Source of the DNA: a bacterium
GTDB lineage: Bacteria; Patescibacteriota; Minisyncoccia; Phycocordibacterales; UBA2100
Reading direction: 5' to 3'
DNA: 64,000 bases
Assembly: GCA_016789445.1 (NCBI GenBank)
Contig: JAEUQT010000002.1
Span: 138,321 to 202,320, forward strand
Shown in pieces: positions 20,248 to 29,773 of the stretch. Both the position numbers and the translations under genes were made by a program. Within the stretch, counting starts at the first letter, position 1, and the number at the start of each line of letters is the position of its first letter. The notes under the pieces were generated by a model. That model did no database searches. It was not told the DNA's origin and saw only the letters and a program-made list of their open reading frames with translations.

Positions 20248-21264
20248 ATGACACGAGTTGCAATCAACGGTTTTGGCCGCATCGGCCGCTGCTTCCTTCG
20301 TGCGGCGATCCGCGACGGGGCACAGGGGAGGGATTTCCAGATCGTCGCGCTTAATGATCTCGGTACGATCGAAAGTCTCGCCTATCTCCTTAAATACGAC
20401 ACCGTCTACGGGAAGGCTGACTTTGAAGTGACACACGACGAGAAGAACCTTATCGTCGGCGGCAAGCCGATCGCATTCGTACAGGAGAAGGAACTCGCGA
20501 AACTCCCGTGGAAGGATATGCAGATCGACATCGTAGTGGAGTCAACCGGCGTATTCACCGATCCGGCAAAAGCCAAGGGGCACATCGATGCGGGTGCGAA
20601 ACGTGTCGTCATCTCAGCTCCCGCAAAAGGTGATGGCGCGGAGACCGTCCTCATCGGAGCCAACGACGACAAGATCAAAGGCTGTCAGATCACTTCCAAC
20701 GCATCGTGCACCACGAACGCCGCTTCTCCCTTGATCGGCATCCTCGACGAGGTGATCGGTGTCGAGAAAGCACTTCTCAATACGACGCACGCATACACGG
20801 CATCCCAGGCGCTCGTTGATGCCCCAAATGCAAAAGATCTCCGTGAAGGCCGCGCTGCCGCGCAGAATCTCGTCCCTGCTTCTACCGGTGCCGCAAAGGC
20901 GACCGCGCTTGCGTATCCGCAGGTGAAAGATAAATTCGACGGTATCTCCGTGCGCGTACCGGTGCCGGCAGGATCGATGGCAGATGTCACGTTCATCGCG
21001 AAGCGTGCAACGACAGTCGAAGAGGTCAATGCCGCGCTCAAGGCCGCAGCACAGAGTGTGCGCTGGAAGCGTGTCTTCGCGGTAACGGAAGAGCCGCTTG
21101 TTTCTTCCGACATTCTCGGCCTTCCATACGGCTCAATCGCAGATCTCGCACTAACGCGCGTCGTTGGCGGCAATCTCGTCAAAGTAATGGCATGGTACGA
21201 CAACGAGGCGGGCTATGCCCACACGCTCGTCGAGCACGTGAAGGAAGCAGGTAAAAGCGTATGA
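20248..21264 (+). CDS. gap: glyceraldehyde-3-phosphate dehydrogenase
   Basis: VAINGFGRIGR Rossmann motif. Catalytic SNASCTTN. Full-length alignment to GAPDH. TATAAT 5 nt upstream of ATG. Confidence 0.9.
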   Translation: MTRVAINGFGRIGRCFLRAAIRDGAQGRDFQIVALNDLGTIESLAYLLKYDTVYGKADFEVTHDEKNLIVGGKPIAFVQEKELAKLPWKDMQIDIVVESTGVFTDPAKAKGHIDAGAKRVVISAPAKGDGAETVLIGANDDKIKGCQITSNASCTTNAASPLIGILDEVIGVEKALLNTTHAYTASQALVDAPNAKDLREGRAAAQNLVPASTGAAKATALAYPQVKDKFDGISVRVPVPAGSMADVTFIAKRATTVEEVNAALKAAAQSVRWKRVFAVTEEPLVSSDILGLPYGSIADLALTRVVGGNLVKVMAWYDNEAGYAHTLVEHVKEAGKSV

Positions 21265-21716
21265 AGATCGTCCTCGCCGCCGATCATCGTGGAATGAAAC
21301 TGAAAGACGCCCTGAAGGCGCATCTGCAATCGACGGGACACGAAGTCGAAGACGTAGGAGCACATACAGAGAATCCGACCGATGACTATCCGGATTTCGG
21401 CTATCCCGCAGCGCAGATGGTCGCTGCCGCTCCCGGCTCTCGTGGTATTTTCATCTGCGGTTCCGGCATGGGGATGGATATCGTCGCGAATAAGGTGAAG
21501 GGCATCCGTGCGACCGTCGCGTACTCGAAGGATGGCGCGATGCATGGCGCATCGCATGACGGCGTCAACGTCATCACGCTTGCTGCGGACGTCGTCGGCA
21601 TAGAGGAGGCGAAGGGGATCGTGGATACATTCCTCGCCACGCCGTTAGTACGCGATGAGAAATACGTCCGTCGTATACAGAAGATCGCGACGATCGAAGA
21701 TCAGCATTTCCGCTAG
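21261..21716 (+). CDS. rpiB: ribose-5-phosphate isomerase B
   Basis: MKIVLAADHRG..GIFICGSGMGMDIVANK is the RpiB/LacAB family signature. ATGA overlap with gap. Confidence 0.85.
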   Translation: MKIVLAADHRGMKLKDALKAHLQSTGHEVEDVGAHTENPTDDYPDFGYPAAQMVAAAPGSRGIFICGSGMGMDIVANKVKGIRATVAYSKDGAMHGASHDGVNVITLAADVVGIEEAKGIVDTFLATPLVRDEKYVRRIQKIATIEDQHFR

Positions 21717-21719
21717 GGC

Positions 21720-22379
21720 ATGAAGGAGATCATTCCGACCATAGTTCCTGCTTCCTTCGACGATCTCGCGGTCGGCTTGAATGTGGTGCGCGGATTCGCT
21801 CGCTCGCTCCATATCGACGCAGTAGACGGGAAGTTCGCACCTAATCTGACCTGGCTTCCGCAGGCAGGCGAACGAATACCAGGCCTCAATGCGCTTCTTA
21901 TCGAAGTGCATCTCATGGTTTCTGAGCCACTTGAAGTCGGGTCCGCGTTCGTAAAGGCAGGAGCTTCGCGCGTCATCGCGCATCGCGAAGCGTTTGCCGA
22001 CATGGCCACTATCAGTGCCGCCTTCGATGCGTGGAAGATGGCAGGTGCCCAGGAGGTCGGGCTCGCGCTCAAGATGGATACGGCTCCGGAAGCGGTCGCA
22101 GAAATCGCGACTCGATGTGATTCCATCACACTCATGTGCATCGCGCAGATAGGCCAACAAGGCGCAACATTTGAGTCGTCCAGCGTCGCTCGTGTCCGCG
22201 ATTTCCACCAACGTTTTCCTCAGCTGACGATCGCCGTCGATGGCGGCGTCTCGGAAGCCAATATCGTCGAGCTGGCACACGCAGGAGCATCGCGCTTCTG
22301 CGTCGGCTCAGCGCTTTCTTCATCGAGCGATCCGGCGGCTGTTTACAAGCGTCTCCACGAGCTGGTCGACGCGGTATGA
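21720..22379 (+). CDS. rpe: ribulose-phosphate 3-epimerase
   Basis: IPTIVPASFDDL..IHIDAVDGKF..VDGG. Length and motifs match Rpe. Confidence 0.8.
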   Translation: MKEIIPTIVPASFDDLAVGLNVVRGFARSLHIDAVDGKFAPNLTWLPQAGERIPGLNALLIEVHLMVSEPLEVGSAFVKAGASRVIAHREAFADMATISAAFDAWKMAGAQEVGLALKMDTAPEAVAEIATRCDSITLMCIAQIGQQGATFESSSVARVRDFHQRFPQLTIAVDGGVSEANIVELAHAGASRFCVGSALSSSSDPAAVYKRLHELVDAV

Positions 22380-23092
22380 TTTCCCCTATGACACGCGCTG
22401 CCGCCGGCATAACTGCTATCCTCATGCTCTTCGCGCCCGTAGCGGTAGCGGCGCAGCAGGTAACCATCGACGCGAGCCTCCTGCAGCAACTCCAGCAACT
22501 GCTCCCGCAGCAATCGAATACGGTCAGCACCCAGCTCCAGCAGCAGCTCCTGAATTTCATGCCGGTAGCCCAGTCGTACCTCCAATCGCTTACGCCTGGG
22601 GATACGGAAGCAATCATCCAGCGCTTACAGGCCTCGCTCGTAGGTCCGGTCTTCTACGCGAACATCCCGCTCGCATCCTCGACAGGCACCTCCACCAATC
22701 AGGCGCTTATCACGGCGTTGCTCGCTCAGGTATCCGTGCTCCAGCAGCAGATCAATGCCATTCTTGCTTCAACAACGGCCACAACTACCGCAACCACGAC
22801 TACCGGTTTTCTGCAGGAGCTCCCTGAGCCGACCCTCATCGCATGTCCGGCAATCACGCGCGTCTTGCAGTTCGGCATGAATGGAACCGATGTGAGCACT
22901 CTCCAGTCGTTCCTCATCTCAGAAGGTCTTCTCGCGTCCGATTCGGCAACGGGCTTCTTCGGCAAGCTCACGGAAGCGGCAGTACAGGCATGGCAGAAAG
23001 CGAAAGCGATCGTGATGGAGGGAGATCCGGCGACGACCGGATTCGGTGCCGTCGGCCCTAAGACACGCGTTGCGCTTCAGAATTGCCGTTAG
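22376..23092 (+). CDS. secreted protein with C-terminal peptidoglycan-binding (PG_binding_1-like) domain
   Basis: Signal peptide. Gln-rich coiled segment. C-terminal GMNGTDVSTLQSFLISEGLL...GFFGKLTEAAVQAWQ. Confidence 0.5.
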   Translation: MISPMTRAAAGITAILMLFAPVAVAAQQVTIDASLLQQLQQLLPQQSNTVSTQLQQQLLNFMPVAQSYLQSLTPGDTEAIIQRLQASLVGPVFYANIPLASSTGTSTNQALITALLAQVSVLQQQINAILASTTATTTATTTTGFLQELPEPTLIACPAITRVLQFGMNGTDVSTLQSFLISEGLLASDSATGFFGKLTEAAVQAWQKAKAIVMEGDPATTGFGAVGPKTRVALQNCR

Positions 23093-23114
23093 CGAGCAGG
23101 GTATAATGAATCGA

Positions 23115-23975
23115 ATGGAACCCCTGACTGATTCAGAGGTACAAGCTCTCGTCGCGAAAGCAAACGCGATACGCCAGACCATTATCGAGATGTTGCTTGC
23201 GGCAGGCTCGGGGCATACCGCAGGACCCTTGGGTATGACGGACATCTTTACGGCGCTGTATTTCCACGTCCTTACGCACGATCCGAAGAATCCTGCATGG
23301 GACGAGCGCGACCGCCTCTTCCTCTCGAACGGCCACATCGTGCCGGTGCGTTATGCGACCATGGCGCATGCCGGCTATTTTCCGCTAGAAGAATGTCTCA
23401 CGCTCCGCAAATTCGGCTCTCGCTTGCAAGGTCACCCTGAGCGAGAAAAGCTCCCGGGTGTCGAATCGACTTCAGGCCCTCTGGGCAGCGGCCTCTCACA
23501 GGCATCCGGCTACGCCTACGCCGCGCGCATGGATGGGAAGAGATACCGCATCTATTGCGCGCTCTCCGATGGGGAACATCAGGAGGGAAATATCTGGGAA
23601 GCGATGATGTTCGCGGGGAAGAACCGCCTCTCGAATATCACCGCCATCATCGACCGCAACAATATCCAGATCGACGGCATGACGGAAAACATAATGCCGC
23701 TCGAGCCTTTGCGCGAGAAATACGAATCGTTCAACTGGCATGTGTTGGAAGTAGATGGTCACAACATCCCGCAATTCATCGCCGCATGCGAAGAAGCCAA
23801 AGCCATTTACGAGAAGCCGACGGTGATCATCGCGCATACCATCCCTGGCAAGGGCGTGAAAGAAATCGAATTCGATTACAAATGGCACGGCAAGCCGCCA
23901 TCCAAGGAAGAAGCCGCAAAATTCTTGAGCGAACTCCGTACGCTTCAAGGAAAGGTCTCTAGTGAACATCAATAG
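23115..23975 (+). CDS. transketolase, N-terminal subunit (split tkt)
   Basis: SGHTAGPLGMTD TPP-binding motif. GDG..EG..WE. The ORF-track start at 23046 overlaps the upstream gene. ATG 23106 overlaps the -10 box, so ATG 23115 is the likely start. Confidence 0.8.
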   Translation: MEPLTDSEVQALVAKANAIRQTIIEMLLAAGSGHTAGPLGMTDIFTALYFHVLTHDPKNPAWDERDRLFLSNGHIVPVRYATMAHAGYFPLEECLTLRKFGSRLQGHPEREKLPGVESTSGPLGSGLSQASGYAYAARMDGKRYRIYCALSDGEHQEGNIWEAMMFAGKNRLSNITAIIDRNNIQIDGMTENIMPLEPLREKYESFNWHVLEVDGHNIPQFIAACEEAKAIYEKPTVIIAHTIPGKGVKEIEFDYKWHGKPPSKEEAAKFLSELRTLQGKVSSEHQ

Positions 23976-24966
23976 TATGCTCAATCCCGACGCAAGACTT
24001 GCAGCAAATATCTTCGACACGCCCGAAACGGCGCCGACGCGTGATGGTTTCGGCAAAGGCGCGGCAGAAGTGGGTAAAGCCGACGAACGCGTCGTCGTAC
24101 TTTCTGCCGATCTCACCGAATCCACCCGTGCTGAATGGTTCGTGAAAGAATTTCCGCAGCGATTCATCGAGATAGGCGTCGCCGAGCAGAATATGGCGAC
24201 GGTCGCTGCAGGTATGGCGAACTACGGCAAGATTCCGTTCTTTACTTCGTACGCGGCATTTTCTCCCGGCCGCAACTGGGAACAGATCCGTACCACCATC
24301 GCGCTCAACAATGTGCCGGCTATCGTCTGCGGCATGCATGCGGGCGTCTCTGTCGGTCCTGACGGCGCGACGCATCAGATGCTCGAAGACATCGCGCTCA
24401 TGCGCGCCATGCCGAATATGATCGTGATTTCTCCTTCCGATTCAGAAGAAGGCCGTAAGGCGACTATCGCCGCAGCAAAAGCAGGTAAGCCGGTCTATCT
24501 CCGCTTTGCTCGTGACAAATCACCCATCATGACGACGCCTGATACGCCATTCGAGATAGGGAAGGCGAATGTTCTCTGGAAATCAGATGCACCGAAAGTT
24601 GTCATCATCGCGACGGGGCCGCTCGTCCATAACGCGCTTCTCGCAGCAAAAGAATTAGAGAACGAAATCCAAACGACGGTCATCAACGTCCACACGATCA
24701 AACCGCTCGACGAAGCGACGATCCTTTCTGCAGTCCAGAACGTATCGGCCGTTGTCACCGTCGAAGAGCATCAAGTGAATGGGGGACTAGGAAGCGCGAT
24801 CGCGGAACTTCTCGCAAAAAACAATCCGAAGGCGATCGAATTCATCGGCGTCCAGAATACTTTTGGCCAATCAGGCGAGCCCAAAGAGCTCATCGAGCAT
24901 TACGGCATGGGAGTGAGAAGTATCAGTGAAGCGGTCAAAAAAGCGCTGAGTAGAGCCGTAAAATAG
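23962..24966 (+). CDS. transketolase, C-terminal subunit (split tkt)
   Basis: Transketolase pyrimidine-binding and C-terminal domains (FIEIGVAEQNM, HAGVSVGPDGATHQ). The start is either GTG 23962 or ATG 23977. Confidence 0.8.
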   Translation: MNINSMLNPDARLAANIFDTPETAPTRDGFGKGAAEVGKADERVVVLSADLTESTRAEWFVKEFPQRFIEIGVAEQNMATVAAGMANYGKIPFFTSYAAFSPGRNWEQIRTTIALNNVPAIVCGMHAGVSVGPDGATHQMLEDIALMRAMPNMIVISPSDSEEGRKATIAAAKAGKPVYLRFARDKSPIMTTPDTPFEIGKANVLWKSDAPKVVIIATGPLVHNALLAAKELENEIQTTVINVHTIKPLDEATILSAVQNVSAVVTVEEHQVNGGLGSAIAELLAKNNPKAIEFIGVQNTFGQSGEPKELIEHYGMGVRSISEAVKKALSRAVK

Positions 24967-25027
24967 GCTGGACTTTTGTAACAAAAGTGGTATAATTATA
25001 TCAGTCTCAAGCAGAAGGGTATAGCTG

Positions 25028-25693
25028 ATGGTCAACAAGCTGACTACGCTCGCCATCCTTATCGCGTCGATCTTCCTCGTGTGGATGATCGGTTCGATAC
25101 TCGGGGTCGACTTCGTGGCGCGTCTTCAAACGATCATGACCTCGAAAGAGGTTCAGGAGAAGATGACGCTGGATGAGAGCGATCAAGTATGTCTTGCGCT
25201 CGAGATGTGGCACGGAGCTGAGAAAGGTGTCGCCGGTAAGCGCGTCATGCGCCTTATCGGTGTCGCGGCACTCAACTACAAGCTGACTGCGCCGAAGCAG
25301 GAAAACATGTGTGTGATCTTCGAGAAGGCCCGCTTGCTTCTCTCGAAGGCACATCCGGCGGAGTCCTTGCGAGGAGCTTCGTTGTTTCCGATTCGGAAGG
25401 TCGGCTGGGTGCTCTCTGAAGCTTCAGGCACGACCGGAAGTGCGACATACACGGAAGCGCGTGCGGTTGCACGAGAGCTCCTTGATGCCGTCGCTGACGG
25501 GAAGCCTCCTGCAAGCGTCCTGCCGGCAGAAATGTCAGACTACGGATGCGCGATCAAGTTCATCCGCAGTTATGGCGGTCTGCTCGATAACAGGATTCCC
25601 GGTGGGTTCAAAACCATCCAGGAAGATTTCCTGAAAGAAGGGCTGATCGCGAAGCAGCCCATCGATCAGACACAGTTCTTCTGTGCATCGTGA
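25028..25693 (+). CDS. hypothetical membrane-anchored protein
   Basis: N-terminal TM helix. No recognisable motif. Confidence 0.4.
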   Translation: MVNKLTTLAILIASIFLVWMIGSILGVDFVARLQTIMTSKEVQEKMTLDESDQVCLALEMWHGAEKGVAGKRVMRLIGVAALNYKLTAPKQENMCVIFEKARLLLSKAHPAESLRGASLFPIRKVGWVLSEASGTTGSATYTEARAVARELLDAVADGKPPASVLPAEMSDYGCAIKFIRSYGGLLDNRIPGGFKTIQEDFLKEGLIAKQPIDQTQFFCAS

Positions 25694-25716
25694 TGCCACG
25701 ACTACGCGCCGCCAGG

Positions 25717-26487
25717 TCATTCCCTGGCGGCGTTCTTCTTTTGTAGATTCTTCTTGAGGAATTCGATCAGTATCCTTTCTTCTTCCTTGTGTTCGGGGCG
25801 GAAGAAGAGCGCGTGACGGCCGCCGGAGAGCACATGGGATTCGTCGGCGGCATTCCCGTTACCGGCCACGATGCGCGCACCGCTCTCCGGTGCTGCCAGA
25901 GGGTCGCCGGCAGTATGTAAGGTAAGAATCGGGCTTTTGATCTCCGGCAGCGCGGAAGTGAGACGACGATTCCCCTCCTGTATCAGCGAAAGCGAGCGTC
26001 CCGGGAAATCACGATAATAGAAGAGTCCTTTGCGGATGCGCAGATCCTCGGCAGTCAGGTACTTCCTCCAGAAACTACGCATGCCAAGGATGGCCGACAT
26101 GCCCGGAAGACGGAACGGCAAACGCAATCGGTATGGGGTGAGTGCGATCGCGAGCGCATCCGGTTTGAACTCTTGGGCAAGGAGCGCTGCGATGTATCCG
26201 CCGAAACTGTATCCGATGAATGCGGTCGGTTTACTGCCTTCGGTCAGCGTGCGTGCGAAATACCGCGTCGCCGAAAGGAACTCGTCGAACGAATGATTGA
26301 GCAAGTGGTGCTGCTCGGTGCCGTGTCCCGGCAGGAGCGGTGCAAGCACGTGCGCATCAAGTTCGTGTGCCAATCTCTCGGCTGTTCCTGCAAACGCGTC
26401 AGGAGAACCGGTATATCCATGAATCCAAAGGATGCGCCGCGATGCGTCGCGCCGTCCTATATCGAATCCTCGATGCCGTTCGGTCAT
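25717..26487 (-). CDS. alpha/beta-hydrolase (esterase/lipase family)
   Basis: GYSFGG nucleophile elbow (GxSxG). HG oxyanion motif (WIHGYTG). Confidence 0.7.
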   Translation of the reverse strand: MTERHRGFDIGRRDASRRILWIHGYTGSPDAFAGTAERLAHELDAHVLAPLLPGHGTEQHHLLNHSFDEFLSATRYFARTLTEGSKPTAFIGYSFGGYIAALLAQEFKPDALAIALTPYRLRLPFRLPGMSAILGMRSFWRKYLTAEDLRIRKGLFYYRDFPGRSLSLIQEGNRRLTSALPEIKSPILTLHTAGDPLAAPESGARIVAGNGNAADESHVLSGGRHALFFRPEHKEEERILIEFLKKNLQKKNAARE

Positions 26488-26564
26488 AGATAACGACGCA
26501 TTTTACCATTGCGTGCTCTCGCGCGGTTTCGTGGTATGGTGCCGGTAGGAGAAAGGAGGAAGCC

Positions 26565-26828
26565 ATGCGGATCGCACTCCTCGCATTCGCGATACTGTTC
26601 ACGACCTCGGCGCATGCATCCCACTATCCGTTGGGAGGCGCTATCGAGTCCGAAATGAGATCGTTCGACCCGAAGAAGTACGCGCCGGCAGATGTATACA
26701 GTTTCGTGAAGTACATGATGGAGCAGCAAGAACTCCACGACGTCGGCCTGCATTTCGACGATTTCGAGATCATGCTCTTCGATCTTCCGGTCCCGCCGGA
26801 TCCCCAATCTAAAAAGGCGCCTCAGTGA
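26565..26828 (+). CDS. small hypothetical secreted protein
   Basis: Signal-peptide-like N-terminus (MRIALLAFAILFTTSAHA). An SD-like sequence lies upstream. Confidence 0.4.
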   Translation: MRIALLAFAILFTTSAHASHYPLGGAIESEMRSFDPKKYAPADVYSFVKYMMEQQELHDVGLHFDDFEIMLFDLPVPPDPQSKKAPQ

Positions 26829-26839
26829 GGCGCCTTCGT

Positions 26840-27826
26840 TTATATCTCCATGGGTGTGAATTCCGGCGGTCGTTTTGCGAATGCGGCTTCAAGTTCGTCG
26901 AGCTTGAGGAGTCCGGTCTGTGCACCGACTTTCTGCACCACGAAGGCGGAATTCACCATGCCGCGCATGAGGGCTTCGGGAGCGGAAAGTCCCTTGATGA
27001 GGAAGGCGACGGTCGTCGAGGCGGTCGCATCCCCTGCGCCGGTACGCGAAATCGGCGGTGCCGGATCAGGATACATCGGGATGTGCCAGGCTTTCCCGTC
27101 CTGCATGATGTAGGAGCCGTTTCGGCCATCGGTGATGACCGGAATCTTCGGGCCCAAGGCTTTCACGCCTTCCAGAAGCTTCTTCACATCGTGTTCCTGG
27201 TTGCCCAGGATCATCTGTGCCTCTTCCTTGTTGCAGAAGAAGACTTCCGAAGCCTCATAGATCTCTTTCAATTTCTCCTTGCCGAGCTGCAACTGGAACG
27301 TGCCCGGCTGGAACGCGATCTTCACGTTGTTCGCTTTCGCATAGCGCGCGATCTCCAGTTGGTATTCGAGTGTCTCAAGCGGCAGCGAGGTGAGATAGAA
27401 CCACGCCGGTGCTTCTGCGAATTGCGGCAGTGCGTAGGGGAATTGCTCGTGCTTCACGAGGATGGTGCGCTCCGCCTCGTACTGGAGGACGTAGTGGTAG
27501 TTCGTCTTAATGCCATCGTGCTTGCGGATGAATTCAGTATTCATTCCCTCCTTGGCAAGCGTCGCGATGCAATCATCGCCATTGCGATCGTTGCCGACGT
27601 TCGCGACGACGGTCGATGCGAGGCCCAATCGCACCGCGGCGGTCGCTGCGTTCGGGCCGTTACCCACGGCGAAGACTTCCTGGACGCTCTCGAACGGGAT
27701 CTTCTGTCCGAATTTGACGCAGAGCATGCAGTTCTCATCATTAATATCGCAATTGACGCGGGCGTCTTTCAAACGGATAAATGCGTCGATCACGATATCC
27801 CCGAATGCCACGAAATCGTATTTCAT
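26840..27826 (-). CDS. PfkB-family carbohydrate kinase (ribokinase-like)
   Basis: C-terminal GAGDA anion-hole motif (TGAGDATAS). An N-terminal GG motif. Ribokinase-like fold length. Confidence 0.75.
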   Translation of the reverse strand: MKYDFVAFGDIVIDAFIRLKDARVNCDINDENCMLCVKFGQKIPFESVQEVFAVGNGPNAATAAVRLGLASTVVANVGNDRNGDDCIATLAKEGMNTEFIRKHDGIKTNYHYVLQYEAERTILVKHEQFPYALPQFAEAPAWFYLTSLPLETLEYQLEIARYAKANNVKIAFQPGTFQLQLGKEKLKEIYEASEVFFCNKEEAQMILGNQEHDVKKLLEGVKALGPKIPVITDGRNGSYIMQDGKAWHIPMYPDPAPPISRTGAGDATASTTVAFLIKGLSAPEALMRGMVNSAFVVQKVGAQTGLLKLDELEAAFAKRPPEFTPMEI

Positions 27827-27866
27827 ATCGGGATTCTATCACGCACGAAGATGCTATGATTCCCGC

Positions 27867-28718
27867 ATGAGAACACTTCGCGAGGTGATTATGGACGCGC
27901 GGGGGCGCAAGGTAGCAGTGGGGCATTTTAATATCTCTGATTCGACACAGCTCAACGCGATCGCGGAAGCAGCGCGGGAATTGAATCTGCCGGTCATGAT
28001 CGGCGCATCGGAAGGCGAGCGAAAGTTCATCGGCACCCGTCAGGCGGCCGCGTTGGTGAAAGCGCTCCGCGATCAAGGGCAGGAGATCTATATGAATGCC
28101 GATCACACCAAGACGATCGAAGGCATCAAGGAGGCGATTGATGCAGGCTACGACGAAGTCCTCTTCGATGGCAGCGAACTCCCTCTCGAGGAAAACATTG
28201 AGAAGGCGAAGGAGGCGGTTGCCTATGCGCGTGCATCCGGCCGCGATGTCCTCGTCGAAGGTGAGCTCGGCTACATCGGCCGCTCAAGTGCCCTCCTTGA
28301 TTCCATTCCGGAAGGCGCCGGCCTTGATAAGACCGATCCGGAAGTCGCGAAGCGATTCGTCACCGAATCAGGAATCGATATGCTCGCACCGTCAGTCGGT
28401 AATATCCACGGCATGCTCAAGAATTCTCCGGAGCCCGCACTCGACATCGAGCGCATCGGCGGCATCAGTCAGGCAACCAGCATCCCGCTCGTACTCCACG
28501 GCGGTTCGGGCAATTCCGAGGCTGACTTCCGTGCGGCCATCAAGAACGGCATGGGGGTCGTACACATCAATACGGAAATCCGCGTCGCGTACCGAAAGGG
28601 AATCGAAGCCGGCCTCGCAGCCTCCGATGATGTCGCGCCGTACAAATACCTTGCCTCCGGTGCCGCTCAATTAAAGGAGGTGGTCAAAGCCAAGCTCCAG
28701 CTGTTTGCGAATCCCTAG
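27867..28718 (+). CDS. fba: class II fructose/tagatose-bisphosphate aldolase
   Basis: FNISDSTQL..HGGSG..VHINTE class II aldolase motifs. The track ORF start at 27510 overlaps the convergent pfkB gene, so ATG 27867 is the plausible start. Confidence 0.8.
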   Translation: MRTLREVIMDARGRKVAVGHFNISDSTQLNAIAEAARELNLPVMIGASEGERKFIGTRQAAALVKALRDQGQEIYMNADHTKTIEGIKEAIDAGYDEVLFDGSELPLEENIEKAKEAVAYARASGRDVLVEGELGYIGRSSALLDSIPEGAGLDKTDPEVAKRFVTESGIDMLAPSVGNIHGMLKNSPEPALDIERIGGISQATSIPLVLHGGSGNSEADFRAAIKNGMGVVHINTEIRVAYRKGIEAGLAASDDVAPYKYLASGAAQLKEVVKAKLQLFANP

Positions 28719-28778
28719 TAGACATACTTCCTGAATAATTGTATTGTTTTTTCAGTAACTGGCTGAAGGAGGAAGACA

Positions 28779-28985
28779 GTGCTCTATGATCGGAAGAAGT
28801 GGGACCGCGAGCCGTGGAATGAATGGCCATACTATCGTCGTGATCTGTCACTGGAGGGATTCGCCTTCTGGATGGCCTGTCTTATCAGCGGCTGCGTCGC
28901 GGCGATGCTTTGGATCCTGCCTGTGCTGATGGGCATGCAGGAATCGCTCCCGTACCTGTATCGGTTCTTCGAGAACCTTCGATAA
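28779..28985 (+). CDS. small hypothetical membrane protein
   Basis: 68 aa with one TM helix. A strong SD (GAAGGAGGA) lies 7 nt upstream. Confidence 0.4.
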   Translation: MLYDRKKWDREPWNEWPYYRRDLSLEGFAFWMACLISGCVAAMLWILPVLMGMQESLPYLYRFFENLR

Positions 28986-29061
28986 GCCACAAGGGCGCCT
29001 CTGAGGCGCCCTTCTCAATAAACCTTGCAAAATAGCCCCCAATCCGTATACTGCGCGCACT

Positions 29062-29691
29062 ATGTTAGAGCTTGAAATCAAGCCGCGTGACTCGAAAGAG
29101 TCTGCAGAAACCCTCCGCGCCCAGGGCGTCCTTCCGGCTGTCATCTATGGCCCGAAGGAGGAAGCGACCGCCATTACGATCAATCAGAAGGAGTTCGAGC
29201 GCCTCTTCAAGCAGGCAGGAGAGACCACGATCATCAAGCTGAAGGGTATCGGTGATGAAAAGGACAGTCTCGTCCACGACATCCAGCGACACCCGGTGAC
29301 CGACACCGTCCTCCATGCGGACTTCTATGTCTTGGAGAAGGGTAAGAAGGTTACCCTCAACATTCCGCTCGAATTCGTCGGTGAAGCGCCGGCAGAAAAG
29401 CAGGGCCACATCCTCACGAAGGTCCTCCACGAAGTCGAGATCGAAGTCGCTCCGGCAGAATTGCCGCAGCACCTCGAAGTCGATCTCTCGAAGCTCGAGA
29501 ATGTCGGCGATCACGTCCTCGCATCCGACATCAAGCTCCCGAAGAGTGCTGAGCTCAAGATCTCTCCGGAAGAAATCGTCGTTTCCGTCACGGCATTCGT
29601 CGAAGAGAAGATCGAAGCTCCGGCTCCAGCAGAAGGCGCTCCGGCAGAAGGTGCTGCAGCGGCAGCTCCCGAAGGAGAGGCAAAAGAGTAA
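29062..29691 (+). CDS. rplY: 50S ribosomal protein L25 / general stress protein Ctc
   Basis: The N-terminus (LELEIKPRDSKESAETLRAQGVLPAVIYG) is L25-like. Ctc-type C-terminal extension. Confidence 0.8.
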   Translation: MLELEIKPRDSKESAETLRAQGVLPAVIYGPKEEATAITINQKEFERLFKQAGETTIIKLKGIGDEKDSLVHDIQRHPVTDTVLHADFYVLEKGKKVTLNIPLEFVGEAPAEKQGHILTKVLHEVEIEVAPAELPQHLEVDLSKLENVGDHVLASDIKLPKSAELKISPEEIVVSVTAFVEEKIEAPAPAEGAPAEGAAAAAPEGEAKE

Positions 29692-29773
29692 TTTTCCTGA
29701 AATACCAATCAGAAAGGCGGCCTCCGGCCGCCTTTTCTTGTGTTCATTTCAGATACGCTATAATCATCAGGTC

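Noticed and set aside
23046-24966. Transketolase split as a pseudogene or frameshift
   Set aside because: The two ORFs correspond cleanly to the N-terminal TPP-binding unit and the C-terminal pyrimidine-binding unit. Translational coupling (a GTG/ATG start overlapping the stop) is typical of genuine split tkt genes.
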